Source of the DNA: Nemertoderma westbladi | Lineage: Eukaryota; Animalia; Xenacoelomorpha | DNA length: 64,000 nucleotides | Direction of reading: 5' to 3' | Assembly: GCA_032718475.1 (NCBI GenBank) | Contig: JAUCBJ010008277.1 | Location: 1 to 64,000, forward strand | Part shown: positions 26,701 through 38,700 of the stretch, piece after piece | Position numbering within the stretch: position 1 is the first letter of the stretch | Layout: each line of letters opens with the position of its first letter | Made by a program: the position numbers and the translations under genes | Notes under the pieces: generated by a model | Database searches by the model: none | Told to the model about the DNA's origin: nothing | Seen by the model: the letters and a program-made list of their open reading frames with translations, nothing else

Positions 26701-29700
26701 CAAATCAACATGCGATATAGATCACAGCTCAGTTAACCGAAATGCAAGTAAGGTACTTTAAAGTTCTCACTTTTAGCTCGTTTCATGCGGCATGAGTTTC
26801 ATCTAAAGTAGGGCTCCAAGTAATGATTGACAGATAGACATAAATGGCGGCAGACAGATGGGCATTCGGTAACCGACATATGTTCATACAGACAGACGGG
26901 AAATGATTTAAGAAGTTCATTATGATTAATTTTTAGATGATGAGTTTACATTTCGCTAATTTCTGATTTGACGGTCAGAATTATCGAATTGTTGTCCCCA
27001 CCCAAGGTTTATAAATGTCTGCCCTAATATAACAACGTCAATTAATCACGCCCAAAGGTTTGGCCAAAAAAAGCAGGGTTGGAAGCCCAAACCAGACGAT
27101 CACACCCAAACCAAAAGTTTGGAAACCCAAACCAAAGTGTTTGGAAGACCAGACCAAAAGTTTGTAAACCCAAACCAAACATAAAAGTCAGCTAATTCTA
27201 ATTACTGTCTAGTTTATTTATATTTATATACAATTTACATTTCAACTACAGTCACCAGTAACTCAACTAGGAACTTAATGTGGGGCGAGCCACGAAGTTT
27301 GCGGAGCCTTATCGAACTGACACTGTTTGTGGCGTGGGTCAATTTTTGCAAATAGATGTTGTTATCGTCGTTACTTTTTTGACATAACTTTGCCGGATTT
27401 AAAGCTCTCGAGTTGAAATTAGGTATCAAAGACCAAAAGTATAGATTCTTGAAAGACGCGTTTGAAAGTCAAATCCTTCTCCGATTTCGTTATTTATGAT
27501 CTGTTCAAGCTGAAACTTGTCAGATATGTGCTAGAACACAGCCTGTGGGGATGGTGATCGCTCCGCAATTCTCCAATTTGCCGCTAAATTGAGAAATGTC
27601 TGAATGTGATAGATAACCTTCCTCATAAACGAGATTTAAAATTCTTACGGGTTGATATATGTCATGTTACGTGCTGCGCGAAAGCCCCAACTTTGTGTTC
27701 GTACATAGTGAGTGGAATGTTTGTAAAGCAAATTGTAATTCGCAAACTATAATTATTACTAATCGAAATTGACTGCAGCTGGGCAGGTATTTTCACCATG
27801 ACTGACTTAAAAAATAATAGTGTAGTAGTGCTGAACAGTTAACACCGAAATTAATTTCAAAGAATTTCAGTTTCAGATTGCCAATTTATTTCAATAATTT
27901 CAGATTGTATTTCGGTTTCAGTTTAATTTCAGTTACAGCGTTACTACTGTGTGAAGCTTTCCGACACCATGCTAAACTCTATATAAGTTGTTTTCACACA
28001 CTCTAGGCAAAAACCGTTATGAGTGCAACATTCTATTTCTATGCTAGAATTAGTATCATATGATACTTTATAATCGCGGGTTTCATTTTTAGGGTAAAAC
28101 CATGCGACCATCTCATGAGGCTGGGACTGGGACTGTATACCAAGCATCGACTACATTCGATCCCAGTAGTCACCATGGCTACCTTACGCTGCCTTCAAGA
28201 AATTCTTCAAGGAACAAGTTACGTCAAAGAATCGACAAGTTTAACAGTGTCAGCACCGGGGCAGTTCTAACCATGGTGAGTCAAATATAACAGTGTTAGG
28301 ACCGGGGAAGTTCTAACCATGGTGAGACAAATATAACAGTGTTAGCACGGGGCAGTTCTAACCATGGTGAGTCAAATATAACAGTGTTAGGACCGGGGCA
28401 GTTCTAACCATGTCTAACCATGGTGAGTCAAATATAACAGTGTTAGGACCGGGGAAGTTCTAACCATGGTGAGTCAAATATAACAGTGTTAGGACCGGGG
28501 AAGTTCTAACCATGGTGAGACAAATATAACAGTGTTAGCACGGGGCAGTTCTAACCATGGTGAGTCAAATATAACAGTGTTAGGACCGGGGCAGTTCTAA
28601 CCATGGTGAGTCAAATATAACAGTGTTAGGACCGGGGAAGTTCTAACCATGGTGAGTCAAATATAACAGTGTTAGGACCGGGGAAGTTCTAACCATGGTG
28701 AGACAAATATAACAGTGTTAGGACCGGGGCAGTTCTAACCATGGTGAGTAAAATATAACAGTGTTAGGACCGGGGCAGTTCTAACCATGGTGAGTCAAAT
28801 ATAACAGTGTTAGGACCGGGGAAGCTCTAACCATGGTGAGTCAAATATAACAGTGTTAGGACCGGGGAAGTTCTAACCATGGTGAGTCAAATATAACAGT
28901 GTTAGGACCGGGGCAGTTCTAAACCATGGTGAATAAATATGTATTAAACGTGTCAGTTTAAAACGCATCGGGTATTTCTAAATTGATTATATATGCTAGG
29001 GGAAGGGACTGTGGGAGGGAGTGCACAATAACTGTTTGGTGCAAGGGACTGTGGGAGTGCACAATAACTGTTAGGTGCAAGGGACTGTTGGAGTGCACAA
29101 TAACAGTTTGGTGCAAGGGACTGTGGGAGTGCACAATAACTGTATGGTGCGAGGGACTGTGGGAGGGCACACTAACTGTTAGGTGCAAGGGACCGTGGGA
29201 GTGCACAATAACTGTTAGGTGCAAGGGACTGTTGGAGTGCACAATAACTGTTTGGTGCAAGGGACTGTGGGAGTGCACAATAACTGTTAGGTGCAAGGGA
29301 CTGGGGGAGTGCACAATAACTGTTTGGTGCAAGGGACTGTGGGAGTGCACAATAACTGTTAGGTGCAAAGGACTGTGTTGCACAATAACTGTTTGGTGCA
29401 AGGGACCGTGGGAGTGCACAATAACTGTTTGGTGCAAGGGACTGTGGGAGTGCACAATAACTGTTTGGTGCAAGGGACTGTGGGAGTGCACAATAACTGT
29501 TTGGTGCAAGGGACTGTGGGAGTGCACAATAACTGTTTGGTGCAAGGGACTGTGGGAGTGCACAATAACTGTTTGGTGCAAGGGACTGTGGGAGTACACA
29601 ATAACTGTTTGGTGCAAGGGACTGTTGGAGTGCACAATAACTGTTTGGTGCAAGGGACTGTGGGAGTGCACAATAACTGTTTGGTGCAAGGGACTGTGGG

Positions 29701-32700
29701 AGTGCACAATAACTGTTTGGTGCAAGGGACTGTGGGAGTGCACAATAACTGTTTGGTGCAAGGGACTGTTGGAGTGCACAATAACTGTTTGGTGCAAGGG
29801 ACTGTGGGAGTGCACAATAACTATTTGGTGCAAGGGACTGTGGGAGTGCACAATACCTGTTTGGTGCAAGGGACTGTGGGAGTGCACAATAACTGTTAGG
29901 TGCAAGGGACTGTGGGAGTGCACAATAACTGTTTGGTGCAAGGGACTGTGGGAGTGCACAATAACTGTTAGGTGCAAGGGACTGAGGGAGTGCACAATAA
30001 CTGTTTGGTGTAAGGGACTGTGGGAGTGCACAATAACTGTTTGGTGCAAGGGACTGTGGGAGTGCACAATAACTGTTTGGTGCAAGGGACTGTGGGAGTG
30101 CACAATAACTGTTAGGTGCAAGGGACTGAGGGAGTGCACAATAACTGTTTGGTGCAAGGGACTGTGGGAGTGCTCAATAACTATTTGGTGCAAGGGACTG
30201 TGGGAGTGCACAATAACTGTTTGGTGCAAGGGACTGTGGGAGTGCACAATAACTGTTTGGTGCAAGGGACTGTGGGAGGGCACACTAACTTTATTGTGTA
30301 AGGGACTATGGGAGTGCACAATAACTGTTTGGTGCAAGGGACTGTGGAGTGGAGTGCACACTAACTTTATTGTGCAAGGGACTGTGGGAGTGCACAATAA
30401 ATATTTGGAATAAATTGCACATAGTTATAGAAAATTACGAAATTCACCGATCAATGACGATTGGATGACTGAAAAGTTGTGATCATGTTGTAGATTTTCG
30501 TTTTATTGTACACGATAATTAAATCATTGAGTAATTCAGTTGTTCCTTAAAAATATAAATAATTAATTACTTAATATTTAGCACAACACTGCAGACAAAG
30601 TTTAATAATAATTAATATTAAAATCGTAGTCAAAACTAATTAATAAATAAACCACGCTTTAAATAATTAAACTTTTTGAATTACAAATATTCAATTCTAA
30701 AATTCGATGTCTATTTGGATTACACAACTATAACTATAAATAAAATGTTATAATGTTTTGTTTATAATAATAACTATTTACTTCCAATGTTGTATCCTCG
30801 TGCGAATTAGTATTAATCACTGCACTGTGAATAATTAGGAATTAATATCATTTTTTTGTGAAATTCTCTATTTCAGTGACCATTGTAAGTATCGGTTATA
30901 TAATATATATATGCTTTATATAAACCTTTACACTTCCTTCTACAGTGGAGTCAGTTTGGTGTTTATCTTTTTCATAAATGTTATAAAATAAATCATTTTA
31001 TAAGTACCGGTATCTGTATAATGTTATATAAACTAATAACTACTAATCTGAACTGGTAATATATTTAAGCGCTTAACATTCTTCGAGAGAGAGCCTGACT
31101 TATTTATTTTCCTTTGTAGCTCGATTTCACACTTTCATAATATTTAAATTTCCCGCGTTAGTAAACACGACGTATTCGTCCGCTACACCAACTAGCGTCT
31201 GTCTCGGAACTAATTTCTCGCACGGCTTGTACTCATTGAGACCGAGTTCTAGAACGGTGGCGCCTGTAATTCTGTCGAGGATCTTAAGTCGATTGAACCA
31301 GGGCAATGCATACGTGAGGAGTTCTCCTTTAATAGCTGGTACAACGAGCACATCGCTGTCTTTGGATACAACCCATTCGTCTAATACTTCCACCGTGTAG
31401 TTGTTATCGTCAGCGTTCTGCTGAGCCCTCGCTATGCTGTGACGCGTGCCTCTCTCCACTAAGTAGATACATTTATCGTCCACCGCTTTCAACCATATCA
31501 CCGGTGACTTAGAAACGATTGTCGTCTCCAGTTTCGGTTTAGTTAAGTCGTCTATGCTATAGACATCCACGCAGGGTGTCTCGCAGTGCGAGGTAGTGAA
31601 GGTGCCCACGTATAACCTGGTATCTGTTAGATGAACGGAAGTCTGGAGCTTCTTGGTCTTCAGTATTGGTCGTTTCGATTCCTCCACTACCGTATCGACC
31701 ATGTTAAATAGGTAGACCTCGTTATCTTCAGTGACCACGCACACTTTATTATCTTGAGTTGTCATCCGGGCGACTCCTAGCAACCGGCAGACGTTGGGTA
31801 GATGCCACAGCGTCTCTAGAGTCTCTGTGCCGTAGACAACCACGGTGTCCTCAGCTTCCCCGGCGTTACCAATCGGTACGTGTAAGTGCAGCGCCAACAT
31901 GGAGTCGTCCGCGAATAACTCCATCCTGTACACAACGTCGCTTCTTAAGGTCAGGCCGTTTTTGTGTTGCAAAGTGTCGACATCAAAAACGTTAAGGAAG
32001 TTCTCGGATATCGTGTAGATGTGCCGCGGGGTGCAGGCGAAAAGATATATGTGTTCGATGATCGGTACGGACCGCTGCACCAAGTGGGAGGATTCCACGT
32101 TGAGTTGGAGGGTTTTCCTACCCATCGTCCTGTACAGGAGGAGGATTGCCGAGTCCTTGGTCGTCATGGTAGCGCTGATCGTTAAGTAGTGGTCGAGACA
32201 GAGTTTGGTTACAGCGAAGGTGGACTTTTTGCTCGGTCGATTGAGTTTCTTGTGGTCGAAAGAATCGATTGTTTCGATGTAGTCGAGTAACTGGTTGCAG
32301 AGTCGGGCCGGTTTAACTGGCAGCGATAAAGTGGAAGTCAACCCGAGAATCAGCGCTTCAACTCTCTGCGAAATTTTCGCTGTGCTCTATAATCAATCAA
32401 ATAATTAATATTATTATATTAATTTTCTAATATTAATCATGCTGTTTATTTTCTGTGTTTTAGATAGTTATTTTTTCCCTCCACTAGATATTAATTTGTC
32501 GCCGAAAAAACCGAATCACGAGCATTAAGATACATGGTATTGTGATTTTATTATTTGGAAAGTTTGATATCGTCTTATTTGTCAAAATTCATAACAGTTT
32601 TTCGTGGCTACGACACACTTAGTTCAAGAGACTTAATAAGGAAACTAGGAAAGTCCAAGGCCGATTTTATGAAAAATTAACTTATGAAAAATACGCTATA

Positions 32701-35700
32701 AAATGACTCATAAAGTGCTTTATTTACCAGGTCACGATACTTACGTGCAATATGTTATCGGCAAAAACTTTAGCTTCCTGAAGGTGCTTTATCGCGTGTT
32801 TCTTATCTTCCATATCTACTTTCTCCACAGCCAGCTCTACTTCTGAGTAACCCTCAGCTACACTCGTATCATTCTTAGTAATAACCTTCTCTATTTTCCT
32901 TTGAATGATCTCAATAATATGTTCTCTAAGTTGTGCATTTATTAACATATTGTCAGCTTCTCCCGCAAACTTGTTCGTAAAGAAGTCTCTGATCGTGTTC
33001 ACCATAGTCGTGGTGTCCGGAAATTTCTTATCTTTTTTTGATGCCATTTTGTCGAATAATTATTGACCACTAGTCTTATTCACTCCACATGAATGCCGGT
33101 CTAATACACCCGCCCATACGGGAAACTCCCTTTGTCTCAACTATCTTAAATCCATTGGAATAAAAAAATGGAATAAATAATTTATATAATAGTAAACATT
33201 AATATAACAATGTAAATTAATTAAACCTACCTATAAATGGGACATGAACTCCAAGGATCTGGGAACGTATTACTCTGTAGTGACCAATATTACGCAGAGA
33301 TAGTAATGCACTGTTCCCAATCTACCACATGGTGTCTGTATGTGACAATAATAATAATAATAATTCATGTTTTAACCTATGGATACTATTATTTCTGATA
33401 ATATCTTTTAATATGACTTCCATTGTAATATTTTATCGGATATGATTATTTCGTATTTGTGTTGTATTTTTTTCGTTGAGCAAAACTGAGTATATTCCAG
33501 GTGGGATCGAACTGGTGACCACTTGGTCAAACGTTTGTCTCTAACCATTTCATATTATTCGATAACAATCCTGGAGTTATTCCCGTTGTAACTCCAGTTA
33601 GCGCATCTGTTGCGTTCTGTACCAGTATTTGACTTTGTTAACATTTCCCGAATAGTTAATGCAGACCGGACCCACCTTGGACAACCACTACCCCTGTCCA
33701 CACCTTATACCGTTCACATATCTGGAGTCTGAGGTCGTGCGGGATTCGATTCCCACTAAGCGGTAAGAGGAGTGTTCGTTGAGGCACAAATGCCGTAAAG
33801 GTAGCAGCCCGAGCGCATCATTAAGTGGTAACTAAATGAGTTTCAGTTTCCTCGTGAGTACCAACTTCCAGTTCGATACCACTTGGGCTTCTCTGATGAC
33901 TTTTCTGAAGAACTGTACTCAATAGACCCATGCATAAGCATACACGAAGTGGGGCCTTCGCGCAGCACGTGACTTAAATTTAATTTAAGTACTAATTCGA
34001 AAGTATTACTGTATTAGCAAATTTTAAGCAGATTTCGCCTAATCACTTTTTACCTCTTTCATTTCTATTCAGACATTTCTGACTCTAGCGGTATAGTGAG
34101 AACTGAAGATGGATTAGGGTCTCCAGCCCCACAAAGACACAGCCTATGGATGAATAGTACATACGTACATCGGCCAAGTTTCATCTTGAATAACGGATAA
34201 CGAAATGAGAGACGGATCTCACTTTCAGATATTTCGTCGTATAGCGGCAGACCGATTAAATCTCCCCCCCCCCCCCCCCCCCCACAAAGACGCAGCATGT
34301 GGTCCAGAATATATGGCAAGATTCAGCTTAAACTGATTAAAATCAATGAGACGGGAGAATCTATTCACTTTCAGGCATAAAGTAGTCCTATAGCGGGTGA
34401 CTGTTGAACTGATTTTCAAGAAAACAAATTTTCAACTTGGCAGCTTTAAATTCGACAAAGTTATAAGCATGTCAATATCATAACGACGACAACGATTTCA
34501 CTTTCAGACATTTGGCCCTCTAGCGGCAGACTGGAGAACTGCAGATGGATTCGCCTCCTTTGAAAGTCACAGCTAATGGTCTAATACATATCTGCCAAGT
34601 TTCAGCTTAAATGGATTAAAAGCAAAGAAATGGGAGGGCATTTAATGTTTAGACATGTGGCCCTCTAGCGGGAGACCATTGCACTGATGGTGTCTGAAAG
34701 TCTCTCAAAAATCTCAACTTTAGCTCATATTGATACCTACAAATTTTCAACTTGGCAGCTTTAAATCCGACAAAGTTATTAGCATGTCAAAATCGTAACG
34801 ACGACAACGATTTCACTTTCAGACCTTTGGCCCTCTAGCGGCAGACTGGAGAACTGCAGATGGATTCGCCTCCTTTGAAAGTCACAGCTAATGGTCTAAT
34901 ACATATCTGCCAAGTTTCAGCTTAAACGGATTAAAAGCAAAGAAATGGGAGGGCATTTAATGTTTAGACATGTGGCCCTCTAGCGGGAGACCATTGCACT
35001 GATGGTGTCTGAAAGTCTCTCAAAAATCTCAACTTTTGCTCATATTGATACCTACAAATTTTCAACTTGGCAGCTTTAAATCCGACAAAGTTATTAGCAT
35101 GTCAAAATCGTAACGACGACAACGATTTCACTTTCAGACCTTTGGCCCTCTAGCGGCAGACTGGAGAACTGCAGATGGATTCGCCTCCTTTGAAAGTCAC
35201 AGCTAATGGTCTAATACATATCTGCCAAGTTTCAGCTTAAACGGATTAAAAGCAAAGAAATGGGAGGGCATTTAATGTTTAGACATGTGGCCCTCTAGCG
35301 GGAGACCATTGCACTGATGGTGTCTGAAAGTCTCTCAAAAATCTCAACTTTTGCTCATATTGATACCTACAAATTTTCAACTTGGCAGCTTTAAATCCGA
35401 CAAAGTTATTAGCATGTCAAAATCGTAACGACGACGACGACAACGACGACGACGACGACGACAACGACGACGACGACAACTATTTGCATAAATTGACCCA
35501 CCCCCTAACAGTGTCAATTCGCTAAGGCTCCGCCAACTTCGTGGCTCGCCCCACACGCTTATATAAGCATACATCCTGGTATTTTTACTCACCTCTTGCT
35601 ATTGTTTTATACTTCGAAAAAGTAAAATAACTTCGTTAAAGTCAGCAAAAGTATTGTAACGTCATTGAATTGAAAGTCTGTAAAAATATTTCAACGGATT

Positions 35701-38700
35701 GTGTTAGTGTATAAAGTAGTTATATAATTACTATTTGTGTTGCTACTTTTATTTGTTCGCGATAATTTTGATCAAAGTCCGACTAAACTTACCAAATCAA
35801 TGCACTTGTTAGCCCCATTGGATGTCGTTAATGCACTAGGGAGCGAGCTGACGTGGTGAGATAACGCTAGAAAGTTTTTCCGTTCCAAGAGGGTTTAATA
35901 TTAGTCATCGTAAAGCAAACAAGTCTGAATACCACCGTCTTTATCTGTAATATAATACGGCAGCCGTAGTGTCGCCCATATGAGGAATATCAGGTATTCA
36001 ATTTTCGGTTTTTTATATTTGAAGAATTTGTATTTTTTTAAATTTCTCCTGAATTGTTTTTGGCGCTTATTTCTATCTTATAACCTGTACAGATACTAAT
36101 TCGTTTATTGTTTTGGTTAGATTCAGCCATTCTGTAACCTGGTTTTGGTGAAAGCCTGGCATTCTTAACATGTGGGAAACTGCGAAGTGAAATGTAACTT
36201 CAGAAATCTGGTATATTTCATGTGGGCCCGTAGTGCCGCTACGATGGGTACGAAGGCCCTGGAGAGAGAGTTAATTCATTATTTTACAGTGTTTATTCGC
36301 TAGGTGGCGCTCTTTACATTCAACATTTTATTGACCGCTAAGGGGTGTATGATTTATGAACCTTTTCCAGGAAGATGACTCAGATGTGTTCCGTGGTTTC
36401 ATATTGGTTCATTTAAATCTTACTCGACCAATCAGAGTGAAGCACGGCTGTCGGCCGCTATCATTAGCCTTATCTGATGACGCCTACTACAGCCCAGAGC
36501 TCGCCAGCGGTGACTATGGTGAGCTGAAATATTTATTTATTTATATTTACAAAATGATTAATTTTTATTTTAAATTAAATTTCTTCTATTACCAAGCGCA
36601 ATTAATTATTTTTTTTCAGGCAAGACGTCGTTTTTCATTCCGCGCGGCACCACCAAAGCTGTCCACTCATTGAGCACCGCCACAACCATCGGGATCATTA
36701 AGGCCTTACTCAAAAAATTCCATGTGGAAGATCATCCGAGAAAGTTTGCCTTATTTGAAGAATCAATCGACTCATCTGGAAAACCGCAGGTCAGTCAGCT
36801 GTCAACGCATCTCAGCTGTAATGATTATTTATTATTATTATTACTATTTGTTACAGTATGTCAACTTATCAGTTTTCCGGTGATATCCTCATAACGCAGC
36901 AAATTAATCACTAACTTAGTAACAATAAACTTCTAGTTTACATATAAAGTAAAATGATATGAATTTTAACATTAATATTCCTAAACAATACAATATATAT
37001 TTAGGATTCAGAACGCCGATAAGTTGAGAAAATGTAACAAAATTACGTACTTCGTTATATTCAGGGTTAATGACCTTTGTATATTTATGTAAACCTCCCT
37101 CGCTAGTCGCTACCCTCCCACTGTATATTGTAATGCAGTTAATGTACTCCACTTAGTTGGAGCGCCTATAGTTGGTAACAATAAACGTACAGTTGGGCGA
37201 GCCACGCAGTCAGACAGACAGACAATTATAATTAGTAAATAAGGAAAAATTTAATGTCCGTCCGTCTGTCTATCTGCCTGAGTCTGTCTGTCTATCTGTC
37301 TGTCTGAAATGTATATCTGTATGAAAAATTCATTCGTAAATAACTTTTGAAGATTTTAACCATTTTCAACCAAATGTTGTATGGGCATACTAGAGAAAAA
37401 GTTCCCAATATGTTTGAAAGTTACGGGCAAATACCTCTCGAACTTTTGACTCCAGATCAAATCGAACTTGTTTCGAACTTTCTCAAGTTCTACGCGATGT
37501 GCTACGCGACGCCCCACGAACGTGTTTCTAGTACTAGAGGTCTTAGTGATTACGTTGAATTTAATTAACCTTAAAACTTGTTTAAATAGTTACGACGTAT
37601 GAAGGACAGCGAGCGGCCTTTGTATTTATGTTTGGTTTGGGGACCCGAAGACACAAAACATCGGTTCGTGTTACAGGAGAATGAGACCGGAGAAATACAG
37701 GTAAATGAGAATTACTTTGAAAATTAGTGATATTCGCAGGTGTAGTATAGGGTTGCAAATGGTTCCCCATCCCGGTGGAAAATCCTGATCCCGATCGGGA
37801 TTTGCTATATCTGAATTTATTTGCCGTTCAGCTTTAAAATTTGTAAAATTGTATAAAAATGGACAATTTTGCCAAATAGAAAACCAATAATTTTTGTCAA
37901 AAACAAAAATTTTGGGGGAATTAAATGTTGGAAGTTTTTGGAAAAATGTTGCAGAAATTATATTAATGAAATATTTACGTGGGAAATAAACAACGTCTGT
38001 GAACCATTTGGAAAAAGTCAGTGGATATTTTTACATAGGCACTTTTTAGTACATGAGATTTCTCGAAAGTTTTTTTACTCCCATAAACCAGAGAGGTAGG
38101 TAGACTAGTAGACAGGGCAGATAGCTATTTTAAGTTTTGGATGAGTTTGGCCGCAATAAAATTGAAAATCCCGATCCCGAAAATTGTGAATCCCGATCCC
38201 GTTGCAACACTAAGTGTAGTTTCCGCTGTAATAATTAGCAAAAATTATCAGCACCGGCTTGTACTCTATGAGATAGCATGAAATTTGAAAATCCGTTGCT
38301 GGGTGAGCCGGAATTTTTATTTTTGCTTTCAATCTTTAGCTACACGCGTTTGAAAAAGGTGTCTCTGTCGATATTGCACTAGTTACACGGCAGTTATTCT
38401 TCAACCTTATAATATAGTGATTTATTGGTAGCGATAGAAAGGTGACGTTGCAAGGATTCAAAGTAAATAAATATAACATTTATAGAAAATAATTGGGGGT
38501 GTCCACAAAATTATCTCAGTTTCAAATTCCATGTGATATCATTAAGATTTGTACTAAAATGGGGCGGGGTTGCAGAGAATTACGATACACATTATTATTC
38601 CAGAAGTTGGGTTATTACATTGTAGGATATGATATTTACATATACAGTGTTTAGTTAACTATCTATCTATATTCCGCAGTGGGAAGCATTCACTGTTCCA

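Noticed and set aside
28958-30413. 476/479-aa ORFs (CKGLWECTITVW)n and (HSHSPLHQTVIV)n
   Set aside because: The 36-bp unit is a multiple of 3 and is open in several frames on both strands, without a proper ATG. This is a minisatellite artefact.
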